64,000 nt of DNA from Oligoflexia bacterium (GTDB lineage: Bacteria; Bdellovibrionota; UBA1018). This document shows positions 19,675-30,309 of this stretch, one piece after another. Below the pieces are notes generated by a model. The model made no database searches, was not told the origin of the DNA, and worked only from the letters and a program-made list of their open reading frames with translations. Position numbers and translations under genes: made by a program. How positions within the stretch are numbered: the first letter of the stretch is position 1; every line of letters starts with the position of its first letter. The DNA is taken from NCBI GenBank assembly GCA_903895855.1, contig CAITVN010000080.1, forward strand, positions 48,092-112,091, in the 5' to 3' direction.

Positions 19675-21441
19675 TTAGATTCCGATTGCACCGCCACTGC
19701 CTTCGCAGATCGGGCCAGTACAGATTGGCACTTGGTCAATCGGCACTGGAGTCTCAGTCGGAGTAGGCGTCGGACTCGGTGTCGGATCAGGGGTTGGCTC
19801 TGGCGTGACAGTCGGTGTTGGAGTCGGATCTGGAGTCACCGTCACAGTCGGGCTCGGAGTTGGAGTCGGATCTGGAGTCACTGTCACAGTTGGGCTCGGA
19901 GTTGGAGTCGGATCTGGAGTCACCGTCACAGTTGGGCTCGGTGTTGGAGTTGGGTCTGGAGTCACCGTCACAGTTGGGCTCGGTGTTACAGTCGGTACAG
20001 GACTCGGTGTTGGCGTTGGAGTCGCTGTCGGGCTTGGTACTGGGCTCGGAGTTACGGCAGGGATTTTCTCGCAGTACTGCACTTCAACTTTTGAACCAGC
20101 GGCGCCAGCGTTTTCTACTCGAACGAGATTTTTAGTCGCGCTGTATTCGCCACTCACTAATTGCCCGTCAACTTTGATTTTAATCGAAGCGACGTCAATG
20201 TCTTTCAAAATTTTCGTCAACACGAACTCGTGATTGAGTGTGAGTTTCTGGCTAGTGATAGCGCCAATTTGGGCCAAACCAGGAACGTAATTGGTTGAAG
20301 CTAGATCAACCACTGGACCTTTTGCGTAGTTGATCACATCTAAGTAACCGTAACCGAGTTCGTTTTCACCCGAATGCGGAATGGTTTTCAAATTGTTATA
20401 GAGAATGCCGCCCACGACAAGAGGTTGGGTTCCTTGAAGGACTCTTAATTTCGACAATAGACTGGTAGGGCTGATCGCTGCACAGTCTCTTTTCTTCGCA
20501 GGCACTTCGTAACCATCGGGGTCTGCTACTGGTTTAATGCCGGCCGGATACACCGCACAGATATCATTTTCATCAGCCACAAAGATCACCGCGAGAGCTG
20601 CAGTTTTTCTAAAAAATCCTTTTGCTCTAGCTTCAGTCAAGTGCCCCGTGTCTAGCGCATTCGTCAGAGAATACAACCCCTCTTCACCACCGTCACTAAA
20701 ACGATCTACGGGCTGATGGGTCATGAGAAATTTGAGGTTTGACCGAATCTGGGTGATCGATTGTTTCTTAGAACTCAATACCGGGCCAACCGAAGCATAC
20801 TGCCAGAGGCGCCCCATGTAAGGCGACCGACTGCCGTGAGCAGGCATCACGGCGATTTGGTAATCGACATCTTTTGGGAGCTCACGAACAAAGGCATCAA
20901 TGCCGTCAGCGATTTGAGACTTCTCTTGAACCATTGATCCTGAAGTATCAGTCACAAATAAAATATCTAATGATTGTGTAATGGTCACTGCGGGCTGCTG
21001 AAACTGATCGATTGAACAGTCAGCCACCGCTACTGGCGAAGGCACGACAGAAGGAGTCGGTGAAGGCGAAACATTGTGGCCACATCCGGCTGAGTGGTGG
21101 TGATCTTTGTCGTCATCGTCTTTGTCATGATTGCCCTTTTGTTTTTCGTGCTCCCTTTCGTTTTCTCTATCTTTTTCTCTATCTTGGCGTTCTTTATCTT
21201 TCGCCCTAGCGCGACTCAAGAGTTCCATAATTCTGTCAGTGAATGACATGTGCTTATCGACTGACTGGTCACTCTGAATTTGGGTGGTTTGAGCTGAACC
21301 CGCAGCCGAGTCAGCTGCGACTGGAACGCCTGGTTCAGATTGGCAGCCAGCACCAAAGGCAGTTAGTGATGAAAGGCTAATTAATACGAGCACTTGTCTC
21401 GACTTAAACCTACGACTCAAGAGTTGGATTTGGGTTTTCAT
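19675..21441 (-). CDS. vWA-domain lipoprotein with Pro/Thr-rich stalk
   Basis: Lipobox [23 protein letters not shown]-terminal PT repeats. Confidence 0.85.
   Translation of the reverse strand: MKTQIQLLSRRFKSRQVLVLISLSSLTAFGAGCQSEPGVPVAADSAAGSAQTTQIQSDQSVDKHMSFTDRIMELLSRARAKDKERQDREKDRENEREHEKQKGNHDKDDDDKDHHHSAGCGHNVSPSPTPSVVPSPVAVADCSIDQFQQPAVTITQSLDILFVTDTSGSMVQEKSQIADGIDAFVRELPKDVDYQIAVMPAHGSRSPYMGRLWQYASVGPVLSSKKQSITQIRSNLKFLMTHQPVDRFSDGGEEGLYSLTNALDTGHLTEARAKGFFRKTAALAVIFVADENDICAVYPAGIKPVADPDGYEVPAKKRDCAAISPTSLLSKLRVLQGTQPLVVGGILYNNLKTIPHSGENELGYGYLDVINYAKGPVVDLASTNYVPGLAQIGAITSQKLTLNHEFVLTKILKDIDVASIKIKVDGQLVSGEYSATKNLVRVENAGAAGSKVEVQYCEKIPAVTPSPVPSPTATPTPTPSPVPTVTPSPTVTVTPDPTPTPSPTVTVTPDPTPTPSPTVTVTPDPTPTPSPTVTVTPDPTPTPTVTPEPTPDPTPSPTPTPTETPVPIDQVPICTGPICEGSGGAIGI
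19800..19990 (-). repeat. 42-bp coding tandem repeat ([14 protein letters not shown], about 4 copies)
   Basis: Visible in both DNA and protein; ends approximate. Confidence 0.85.
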
Positions 21442-21764
21442 AAGTTATGTTTTGTTAATAAAATTAACCTTTCTTAACTTTTAGACTAAAGCATTTCGAT
21501 TTGACTAGCAAGAAAAATCGCAGCGCCCGCGTTAAACTCCTCAAGGTGACGCCCACTATTTTAAAAATGCCATTTAATATCAAATGGATATCATCTGAGT
21601 CGGCGAAGCCCATAAAAGCGAGTATACCCTTCGGTTTGAATTATTGACTAAAATAGTCAGCTAATGAGATTGGCTCCCCAACACTCAACAGGAGTGCTAC
21701 CCCACATCACACTTAACCGAATTTCATCACTTGAGCCCCCAATAGCCGAAGCCAAGCTTTCTTC

Positions 21765-21924
21765 AAAAACTACCATTTTACCAGATATGCGATCAACAGG
21801 TAGTTTTTATCACACTGATTTTATTGGATTTTACTAAGAAAATGAATACCAACATAACTAACTTATTGATATTATTATATAAAAAAACTACCGCTTTACT
21901 CTAAACCCATAAACAGGTAGTTTT
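21765..21924. promoter_or_regulatory. Duplicated operator-like inverted repeat
   Basis: AAAAACTACC-N24-GGTAGTTTTT at 21765-21808 and AAAACTACC-N23-GGTAGTTTT at 21884-21924. Confidence 0.65.
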
Positions 21925-21929
21925 AGCTC

Positions 21930-23408
21930 ATGACGAACCCACAAACACTACTTGGCAGATCGGCCGAACTAAAAGAACTATCAGAGTTCGCAACTGCAAA
22001 AAAAGCGGGGTTCACGTATGTCAGAGGGCGACGCCGAGTAGGAAAATCAACACTTCTCAAAGAACTCCAACGCACCATTCCTCATGTCTTCTATTTTTTT
22101 GGAGCCGATGATTCAACCACGAAAGGCCTTCTCAACTCGTTTGCAGAACAATGGGACAGATTCACAGGCAAAACACGGCTCACAGAACTTAAGACACTCA
22201 CCTGGAACCGTATCTTTTCTGAAATATCGAGTCACGTTGGCCAATGCAAAATCGGTTTAGTTCTCATATTCGATGAAATCCAATGGATTGCAAAAACCAA
22301 ATCTGGCTGTACCGGCGCTCTTAAAGAAGCCTGGCTAGACTGGGAGCGCCTAGAAGTAAAAGTCATCATCTGCGGATCATCTAATAAGTTTTTTTTGCAA
22401 AAAACCGGAAGCGAAGAAGCCATTCTTCGCGGATTGAAAACCAGGTCTGATATCTGGATACATCCCTTTTCTCTTGGCCAAGTCAAAAAATTCTACTTCC
22501 CGAAGTGGAAAAACGAAGAAGTCGCTCTCACCTATATGATGCTGGGTGGAGTTCCCTACTACCTCAACCGAATCAACAACCCCAGCCGCGGATTCATTCA
22601 ATGCCTTAACGACGCCATTTTTACACAAGATGCCATTTTTTTAGAAGAAATCGACGAAGTACTCCGCCTCGAATTTAAAGAGCACGGCCTAAAAACCGCA
22701 AAGACAATATTGAGTTGTCTAGGGCAATCCGGAACTTCCCAAGCCGAGATTCAAAAAATAACTGGTCTTGCACTCACCACAGTCGTCCATTCACTCGAAA
22801 GTCTTTCAAATTATGGACTCGTTTTTCAGAAAATTCCCGCGCATAGAAAAAAACAGAACGAAGCGGGCGCACTCTACTTCATGAAAGATTTCTATCTCAA
22901 TTTTTATTTTCAAGTTCTTCTCGCATACAAGTCGAAAATTGAATCGAATAGAAACAAGGGTTTATTATTTCCGCAAGTTTTCGCCAACAACAATAGACAT
23001 TATTTTATCCAGAACTTCACAGGAAAATCTTTTGAACTCTTAGTGCGTTACATTCTTGAAAGAAAAACAACACCCGACCCCGCACTACACCAACGACTTC
23101 ACCTGCGTGACCATGAGTATGACGTACTTTCGTACTGGGACCAGCAAACAGAAATCGATATCCTGGTAGAACACCAAAAAGACCGCATTGCTCGCATCAT
23201 TGAATGCAAATGGATAAGCCCTGATAACAATGAAGGATCAAAATACCTTGAAGAACTGATCAACAAAAAATACATTCCACACCCCACCTACTCAATCAAG
23301 CGATACCTGTGCCTCTCAAAAGACACGCCCCCTCAACTGAAAGCTAAGGCAGAAGAAAAAGGCGTCACATTGATTTGCCTCGAACACCTTTTTGACGAAC
23401 AGTCCTAA
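21930..23408 (+). CDS. Archaeal-type AAA ATPase with wHTH and C-terminal PD-(D/E)XK-like domain
   Basis: LLGRSAEL, GRRRVGKS, IFDEIQ, CGSS, GGVPYYL and EIDILV...IECKW motifs. Confidence 0.85.
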   Translation: MTNPQTLLGRSAELKELSEFATAKKAGFTYVRGRRRVGKSTLLKELQRTIPHVFYFFGADDSTTKGLLNSFAEQWDRFTGKTRLTELKTLTWNRIFSEISSHVGQCKIGLVLIFDEIQWIAKTKSGCTGALKEAWLDWERLEVKVIICGSSNKFFLQKTGSEEAILRGLKTRSDIWIHPFSLGQVKKFYFPKWKNEEVALTYMMLGGVPYYLNRINNPSRGFIQCLNDAIFTQDAIFLEEIDEVLRLEFKEHGLKTAKTILSCLGQSGTSQAEIQKITGLALTTVVHSLESLSNYGLVFQKIPAHRKKQNEAGALYFMKDFYLNFYFQVLLAYKSKIESNRNKGLLFPQVFANNNRHYFIQNFTGKSFELLVRYILERKTTPDPALHQRLHLRDHEYDVLSYWDQQTEIDILVEHQKDRIARIIECKWISPDNNEGSKYLEELINKKYIPHPTYSIKRYLCLSKDTPPQLKAKAEEKGVTLICLEHLFDEQS

Positions 23409-23770
23409 GTCGTCGCGCTTCCACCTGCATCACCGGCAGGAAAAAAGCGATTATGTCGTGCTTTTTTCGCTAGACAGTGATTTTATTAAATTTTACAGGT
23501 GCGCTTTTTTTCCTCAGAAAGGCTGTAAAGTGGCCTTAAACGATCGCATTTACCCCAGTAACAACCGGTGAACTTAGAGGTTCAAGAAAGTGAAGAAATA
23601 CTCGGCGAGGTCGATAAATGCCGACACGAATTAGTACCGAACTCCATCTATTTGCCTCACTTCGATTCGAAGGGGCGCGTGTCCTTCCAACGGACCTATG
23701 TCGGATTAAAAGACGAATTCTACCTCAACACGGTGGCGCAAATTCGGCGAAGCCACACCACACACCACGA

Positions 23771-24937
23771 TCAGCTGAGTTTCATCACCTGAGCCAACCC
23801 AGACGGAGTGCGAACCACTCCCGAGGCCCAAGGCGAAAGCGAAAATAGGCCCTTAACGTTTTCTGGCGCTGAGACGATTTGGCTATCGACGCCATCAACG
23901 GCGTAGACTTTAAGACCACTGTGGGTTGCAATGCAGATCCATTGATCTCCCATTTCACCTTGCCAATTCAGAGCCCCCTTGAGGTCAAGAAGCTGATGGG
24001 CTTTTCCGTCAATGACCACTTTCTGGGTCATGCGAGCCTCAGCAGCGATGCGACCAAACCCTACGAGCTTTTTCATTTCGAGCGCAATCTTTCGACCACA
24101 GACTCGAAACACTAAGTAGCGATCATCAGCGCCCAACACCGCAGCCCAATCAAAACCAGCCGCACCACCCAGGGCATCGACCCACTCGTCACTCAGTGAA
24201 TCAAAGGCCATTGAAATGAGTTCGCCGTTCCATTTACGAATGTGAATCTGATTTGCCTGAATCGAATCGATTAAGTGAACCGGCACCAACGCCTCACGTC
24301 CGCCTTCAAGGGTGACCTCATAAGCGGGGCAACTTAAAAAATCATGATTCAACCTAATTTGTTGATAAAATCCACCGCCCGCGTTCAACCCAACGTGGCG
24401 CCGACAATTGATGACACCCTTTTTACCAGTCTGCACCACTTCAACGATCAAATGCTGCGAATCAGGCGAAAGCGCTAAGCGATCAAGGGTGTCGTGAATC
24501 TCTTCAAAAAGCTCGAAACTCAGCTCTCCAGAAACCTGCACCCGCCAGTCATGAAAACGATTCAATTGCCCCAGATTTGCGATTTCATTTTGAGTGATCA
24601 AGATCGGTATTTCCTCAACTGACCTATCGTCAATCGAACAAAAACCCTTGATACGCCTTACTTGCCCAGTGTTGGCACCTGTCAGCCCAAGAACTAGCGC
24701 CAATTCACTTTTAATCTCATTTAAGGATTTGGCAGATTTGGTTTGAGTTATTTTTGGAACAAACCTCCTGTTTTCGCGGGCTTTTGTCGCATCCGTGCGA
24801 CGCCCGAGTCCAAAAATAACTCAAACCAAATCTGCCAAATCCTTAAGTGCGTAAGGGCAGGTTAACGCAAGGATGCGGTCCCATTCTTGGGTGGCCCGAG
24901 CTTGAGCGCCGCTAACCCGTGTTGAACGATAATTCAA
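23771..24937 (-). CDS. CheW/CheA-P5-like protein, 5' part interrupted in frame by element E2 (TGA at codon 39)
   Basis: YLVFRVCGRKIAL...YAVDGV...SGVVR CheW-like; frame open from TTG 24937 except TGA at 24821-24823; ORF track starts at 24703. Confidence 0.5.
24718..24849. mobile_element. Rod-like palindromic element E2 (single unit)
   Basis: 38-bp perfect IR 24721-24758/24809-24846; 50-nt core 24759-24808 is the reverse complement of the E1 core at 46/50. Confidence 0.8.
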
Positions 24938-24970
24938 ATGAGGAGACGCTCCAATCTGGGCGAAGGGCCT

Positions 24971-25855
24971 CTAAGGCCTCTGACAAACCGGGCTGGTCCC
25001 GGCAGCTTTTGCCGCCTCATACTTCGGCATGGCTTCTCTAAAGTGTGCCTGCAAGTTCGCTATGCGGTTTTCACTCGCCGGATGAGTCGACATCCACTCG
25101 GGCGGAGCTTTTCCGCCATGGTCGCCGATCATGTTTTTCCAAAGCTGAACGCTTTCTCTCGGATCAAACCCAACCCGGGCCATCAAATCTAAACCAATCA
25201 AATCAGCTTCACTTTCTTGAGTGCGACCAAACGGCAACAAAATGCCGTATTGAGCGCCTAATCCTAAAGCTGCCATGAGTGCGTTATTTTTCGCACCGCC
25301 TTGCTCACCCAATGCCGCAGAAGCCACCACCAGCCCCCCCTGGGTCAGCATTCCTTGAGAAACCCTCTCTTTGCCGTGCTTTGCGATCACATGCCCCACT
25401 TCATGCCCTAGCACCGCCGCCAACTGCGAGTCGGTCTTAGCTACTTTCAACAAACCGGTGTGAACCCCAATCTTACCACCCGGTAAAGCGAACGCATTGG
25501 CGGTATCGTCTTGAAATAGGCGAATTTCCCACTGGTCACCCGGAATGCCACTATTTGAAGCGGCTGCGATGGGCCTCGCGATACACTGAATGTATTTAGC
25601 CATCGGCGTATCGACCTCGGTATGAACTTTGGTTTTCATCTCACTGTAAGCAGCCGACCCCATTGAATTCATCTGCGCGTCAGGCACGAGACTGATTTGC
25701 GAACGCCCCAACGGTGAGGTGGCGCAACCACTCATTATGATGATAACCACACCCACCTTCGCCATCAAAGTGATTACGCCGAAAAGACCTTTTGATTTCA
25801 GAGATATGCTCATTGCCATGACTACCAGTTCTAGCAAAGCCTCCACCATTTTCAA
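24971..25855 (-). CDS. M48 family metallopeptidase (lipoprotein)
   Basis: NAFALPGG, HEVGH, ESEAD and STHP; MSGC lipobox; true start probably downstream. Confidence 0.92.
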   Translation of the reverse strand: MKMVEALLELVVMAMSISLKSKGLFGVITLMAKVGVVIIIMSGCATSPLGRSQISLVPDAQMNSMGSAAYSEMKTKVHTEVDTPMAKYIQCIARPIAAASNSGIPGDQWEIRLFQDDTANAFALPGGKIGVHTGLLKVAKTDSQLAAVLGHEVGHVIAKHGKERVSQGMLTQGGLVVASAALGEQGGAKNNALMAALGLGAQYGILLPFGRTQESEADLIGLDLMARVGFDPRESVQLWKNMIGDHGGKAPPEWMSTHPASENRIANLQAHFREAMPKYEAAKAAGTSPVCQRP

Positions 25856-25873
25856 CCCTCAATTGCAAAATTC

Positions 25874-27508
25874 ATGACTGGGTGGCTCAAAGAAAATTGT
25901 AAAGATTTATCTAGTAAGCGTCGAAAAGTTGTCATGTCTAAATTGACCAAACTAATACCGACGCATGAGATCAATCGACCCCGCTCTTTTCTTTGTTTGG
26001 GAGCTTTGACCGTATTTATCTACTTTGTATTTAATAATTTTACACCCCTAGCAAACGTATTTGCCGAACCGGTGTTGATCATTCACACCAACGATCTGCA
26101 CTCACACCTCGACCACGCAGACACGCCAGAAATCGGTGGCTACGCCGCTGTGAAAACTAAAATCGATGAACTCAAGCTCGAAGCCGAAAGCCAAGGCATT
26201 CCCGTTTTGGTTTTAGACGCCGGTGACTTCACCGAAGGCAGCGAATTCAACTACGCCGACAAAGGCCTCTGGGGCTGGCAAGCCATGAGCCAAATGGGCT
26301 ATGACGCTGTCACTCTAGGTAATCACGACTGGCTTCAAGGTTTAACCGACCTATCGCGAGTCATCGACGCTACTCAGCCCGGCTTTTCGGTTCTCGCCGC
26401 AAATTTTGATTTCGATAAGGCCAAATTTCCCGTGCTCGGTAAATTCATCAAGCCCTCAATTGAACTCTCGGTTGGACAGCAAAAAATAGCCATCTTAGGC
26501 CTCACGACCAGCGACCTGACTTACAGTTGGCGCGCCCGTGATGGAGCTATAGGCCCCGCAATACCGGCGGCATGGGATCAAGTACCCAAGCTTCGATCGC
26601 GAAACGATTTTCTCATCGCACTGACCCACATTGGTTACCAATCAGATATCGCGCTAGCGAAAAAAGTCGAAGGAATTGACCTGATCGTCGGCGGCCACAG
26701 CCACACCCGACTCGATCAAGTTGACTTAACAAAAAATGAGAAAACCCATCGCCCCATTCCTATCGTGCAAACTGGCTCGGCTGGTCGGTACGTGGGCCGA
26801 CTTCTGGTTGACCTCACCAAGGGTGAACCCGTGCAGGTTTTGTCGTATCAACTGGTGCCAATCTACAGCGCTGAAGCTAAAATCTCTCAACTGACTGACA
26901 CCGTAGAAAAAGCAAAAGCTGCGTACCGAGATCACTTCGGTCCGAGCTGGCTTTCTGAAATCATCGGTTACTCAGAAGTGAACTTAGACACCCAAGGCGG
27001 ATCAGGTCCGACCACATTTTCTAATCTCGTAGCCGATGGCATGCGAGAAAGTTCGAAAGCCGACGTGGCATTTGACATGGGAGTTTTTGAGGGATTTTCT
27101 CAGCCGGCCGGCCCAATCACCCGAGAATCACTGATCAAGCTGTATCCACGTTCATTTGATTTTAACCAGAAATATGGCTGGAACATTTGGACCGTAAAAA
27201 TCAGAGGGTGGGTTTTAAAATCGGCTATCAAACTCTTGGCAAAAATCGACGGTGGTTTCACTTTTTCAGGCATCACCTACACCACCAGCAGTAAAGGAAA
27301 GCTCAGCAATTTTAAAATCAACGGCTCAAAATTAAAATTATTACACAATTATACTTTAGCCGTGCCAGAAGGGGTGGGCCGTGGGGCTCATGACATCGCC
27401 CAAATTCTCAAGACCATCTTGAAAAACCCGACAAACACGGGCATTCCCGTCTGGACCGCTCTCGAAGATCAATTCAGAAAACACAGCCCCATCAAGGCTA
27501 TTCCTTAA
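25874..27508 (+). CDS. Bifunctional metallophosphatase/5'-nucleotidase
   Basis: HTNDLHS, DAGD, GNHD, LTHIG and GGHSH motifs. Confidence 0.9.
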   Translation: MTGWLKENCKDLSSKRRKVVMSKLTKLIPTHEINRPRSFLCLGALTVFIYFVFNNFTPLANVFAEPVLIIHTNDLHSHLDHADTPEIGGYAAVKTKIDELKLEAESQGIPVLVLDAGDFTEGSEFNYADKGLWGWQAMSQMGYDAVTLGNHDWLQGLTDLSRVIDATQPGFSVLAANFDFDKAKFPVLGKFIKPSIELSVGQQKIAILGLTTSDLTYSWRARDGAIGPAIPAAWDQVPKLRSRNDFLIALTHIGYQSDIALAKKVEGIDLIVGGHSHTRLDQVDLTKNEKTHRPIPIVQTGSAGRYVGRLLVDLTKGEPVQVLSYQLVPIYSAEAKISQLTDTVEKAKAAYRDHFGPSWLSEIIGYSEVNLDTQGGSGPTTFSNLVADGMRESSKADVAFDMGVFEGFSQPAGPITRESLIKLYPRSFDFNQKYGWNIWTVKIRGWVLKSAIKLLAKIDGGFTFSGITYTTSSKGKLSNFKINGSKLKLLHNYTLAVPEGVGRGAHDIAQILKTILKNPTNTGIPVWTALEDQFRKHSPIKAIP

Positions 27509-28176
27509 TGAGAGCGTTTCACCCTTAGGCAACGATGAGCTAAGTTTTCAGTATCACTCTGAGCCATGTCGGTGAACCGATCTAGCAAAAATTCAAGCAC
27601 ACTCACTTTTACTGTGCCGGGTTCTTGAAAACTAAGCGGAGTGAGCACTAAGTCAGGTCTTTTTTTCGCCACATCAACGAAATCAACCCAACTGATCCTG
27701 GCAGCGCCTCCACGGTCTTTCATCATGTCATCCATCATCGCGAAGCACAGACTTTCATTTCCAACGGGTACCGTCATTTTCCAAGTAATCGGCTTAGACT
27801 GAAGCAGGTCGTACCGCTCACAGGTCCACGCAAAGGCCTTTTCGTCACCAGCGATGATCACTCGATTTTCACGCATGCGCGTGAGAATTTCAGTGCGGAT
27901 ACGCTCATGGCGATCAAAAGCAGAGCACTTTTTCAAACCTTCATACACCTGTACGTAAGAGTCAGTCACCTGCGGAGCCAACAAAGACGGAATGTTCCGC
28001 AACTCAAGGTTCAAATCTGAATAACCGTCATTTAAAAAATACGTAAAATTTGCGTCAGCCATCACGGTCTTCGGGGCCAACACCGACAACACCGCACACG
28101 TGAACAACAACGCAACTCGCTTGGTAATGGTTTTCAATGAGCACTCCTTCCCAGAGTGCCAATTCGAGTAACTCAA
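27505..28176 (-). CDS. Secreted hypothetical protein
   Basis: Signal-peptide-like segment; start uncertain. Confidence 0.6.
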   Translation of the reverse strand: MSYSNWHSGKECSLKTITKRVALLFTCAVLSVLAPKTVMADANFTYFLNDGYSDLNLELRNIPSLLAPQVTDSYVQVYEGLKKCSAFDRHERIRTEILTRMRENRVIIAGDEKAFAWTCERYDLLQSKPITWKMTVPVGNESLCFAMMDDMMKDRGGAARISWVDFVDVAKKRPDLVLTPLSFQEPGTVKVSVLEFLLDRFTDMAQSDTENLAHRCLRVKRSH

Positions 28177-28240
28177 TTAACACATAGCGTCAATTTAACT
28201 TGAAAAATTTATCACGCCCTGCAATTCATCAGTAGGAAAT

Positions 28241-28843
28241 TTAAACGGCCACTACTTCTAGAACTTCTGGAATCGCTTGTCTCAAGCGGGTTTCAATACC
28301 CATCTTCAAGGTCGCCGTCGAGCTTGGGCATCCAGCACAAGATCCTTGCATATAAAGGTAAACCACGCCTGCCTCAAAACGATCAAACGTAATGTCGCCG
28401 CCGTCCATCGCTACCGCTGGGCGAATTTCGGCATCTAAGATTTCTTTGATGCGACTTTCAAGATCTGAATTTCCACCCTTGTGTCCATCATTTTCAATGG
28501 CCTCAGCTGTCAGAATCATTAAGCCCGCCTGCAGATGAGACTCGAGCGCTGTCGAGCATGACTTGTGAACGAGGTCCCAATCGCCTTCTTCAGTTTTCGT
28601 CACGGTCACGAAATCACGACCCAACATCACCGCCGCGACGCCAGCCACATCAAAAAATTTTGCCGCTAAGGGTGACAGACGAACCGCTTCTTCTTTTTTC
28701 AGAAAGTTCATCGCGCCTCTTTCTAGAATTTGGCGATTAACCGAATATTTTAAGGTATTTGGATTCGGAGTGAACTCGAGCGAAACATAAACATCACTAT
28801 TTGAATTAGTCATGGTCAGATCCATAACACAGAGGTTTGCCAC
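28241..28843 (-). CDS. NifU/Nfu Fe-S carrier
   Basis: TPNPNTLK; IRPAVAMDGGDI; GSCAGCPSS. Confidence 0.92.
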   Translation of the reverse strand: MANLCVMDLTMTNSNSDVYVSLEFTPNPNTLKYSVNRQILERGAMNFLKKEEAVRLSPLAAKFFDVAGVAAVMLGRDFVTVTKTEEGDWDLVHKSCSTALESHLQAGLMILTAEAIENDGHKGGNSDLESRIKEILDAEIRPAVAMDGGDITFDRFEAGVVYLYMQGSCAGCPSSTATLKMGIETRLRQAIPEVLEVVAV

Positions 28844-28879
28844 TTGCTAGTGTCTGCCTTTTAATGATGAAATAGAAAA

Positions 28880-29677
28880 ATGAAGCCATCCGCACCATCG
28901 TCCCTGTCACACTCAGTCGTTTTGCTTTTCGCCGTCTGTCTACAGTTTGTGATGGTTTCAAAATTAGTCTGGGCTGAATCGCCGATTGTCTCGAATATTC
29001 AACCAGCACCCGGCCCAGGTGAAGTTGACTGGAACACAGTTCAAATCGATACCGCCGCCACTGAAGGAATTCGCCTCAAATCGACTGCAAAACCGAGTTG
29101 GTCACTTTCAATTGATACCGGACTTCGCGAAGTCGCCGCATTCGGCCTACTTCAAAACTCGATCAAGTCGGCAGCACCGCACCTTCTCATCAAGGGGCGC
29201 CCAATGGGCTTAAGCAACTCCGAACCTTCGCTTTTTTTACTCACCGTTCACACGCAAACCAACCGATCAAAACTGAGTTCCCCCCAAGCTCAACAATTCG
29301 TCTACCCGGGCACAATCACAGACCCAAAAACCGGCGAGAGGGTCTACGAGGCGAGGGCCTTTTTTGGATCGTGCTTGAGCAATCGCCCTGCTGTCTACGT
29401 GAGCTTCCAAAAAGAAAAGGTAGACCGCAAACACAAGAGCCAACCCAGCGTCTTTATCGCCGAACCTGTCGGTGATTTGATCGAAGAGACCTTAATCGAA
29501 AGACGCCCTCCATCGATACAAGCGACCCTAAAAGCTGTAAAACGCGGAACTTGCAAAGAAATTGCTGGCATATCGAGAAGAATCTTGGCAAAACCACTCG
29601 ACTTGACACCGAGAAAAAATGGTGATGAATCAACCGATCTGACCGATGACGCCAAAGAAACAAATCGAGACGAATAA
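28880..29677 (+). CDS. Secreted hypothetical protein
   Basis: 265-aa ORF with signal peptide. Confidence 0.6.
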   Translation: MKPSAPSSLSHSVVLLFAVCLQFVMVSKLVWAESPIVSNIQPAPGPGEVDWNTVQIDTAATEGIRLKSTAKPSWSLSIDTGLREVAAFGLLQNSIKSAAPHLLIKGRPMGLSNSEPSLFLLTVHTQTNRSKLSSPQAQQFVYPGTITDPKTGERVYEARAFFGSCLSNRPAVYVSFQKEKVDRKHKSQPSVFIAEPVGDLIEETLIERRPPSIQATLKAVKRGTCKEIAGISRRILAKPLDLTPRKNGDESTDLTDDAKETNRDE

Positions 29678-29717
29678 GTCAGTCAGTTACCAGTCGACCT
29701 ACATTAAGGAAAGCCGA

Positions 29718-30194
29718 ATGCCGCAGAAAAAGACAGCTAAGACTAGCGCTACCGCTCAACCCACAGCCGGGTCAACTGCAGGAGCAACCACTGGGCCAGC
29801 GTCTGGCCCCATGACTAACACCCGACCCGATGGCGCGCGAATGATCACTGAGGCTAAGCTTGAACGGTTCAAGAACCGAACGAAGCATCGACAATATACC
29901 GTAGAATTTAGCTGCCCTGAATTTACCTGTGTTTGCCCGGCTTCAGGGTTTCCTGATTTTGCAGTCATTCACATTAAATACGTACCACGCGACTGGTGCG
30001 TTGAACTCAAAAGTCTCAAGCTTTACATCAATCAATTTCGCGATAAGGGCATCTTTCACGAAGATGTGGTAAACCTCATTTTAGATGATCTACTCAAGCT
30101 CTTAGACCCTCATCGAATTGAAGTTGTTGGTGATTTTAACGTCAGAGGAAACATTAAGACTATCATCAGAGCTGAGCATGTTCGTCAAAACTAA
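29718..30194 (+). CDS. queF: preQ1 synthase (7-cyano-7-deazaguanine reductase, type I)
   Basis: PEFTCVCP, PDFA, VELKSLKLY, FHE and FNVRG; AAGGA SD before ATG 29718. Confidence 0.92.
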   Translation: MPQKKTAKTSATAQPTAGSTAGATTGPASGPMTNTRPDGARMITEAKLERFKNRTKHRQYTVEFSCPEFTCVCPASGFPDFAVIHIKYVPRDWCVELKSLKLYINQFRDKGIFHEDVVNLILDDLLKLLDPHRIEVVGDFNVRGNIKTIIRAEHVRQN

Positions 30195-30309
30195 CCCAAA
30201 CCCATTATTTTACATTGTAACTATTTAACAAAAACCTTATAACCACTCAAACCCATAGCTGCCAAGAAGCCAACTAAAGCTTTCTGTCGGTCAACCGATC
30301 AAGGATCTT

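Noticed and set aside
19663..20233. Plus-strand repetitive ORFs (RSWSR, GVGVG, LESDLES)
   Set aside because: Antisense shadows of the Pro/Thr repeat of the vWA gene.
23410..23792. Weak inverted repeats and a 74-aa ORF after the ATPase
   Set aside because: The pairing is short and A/T-run driven; the ORF overlaps the convergent gene and has no recognisable motif.
24775..24823. Selenocysteine UGA with SECIS in E2
   Set aside because: The UGA is in the paired arm of a repeat element, the same core occurs in non-coding E1, and there is no redox-motif context. Kept only as a remote possibility.
29600..29717. preQ1 riboswitch before queF
   Set aside because: Only about 40 nt of intergenic space and no preQ1 consensus seen.
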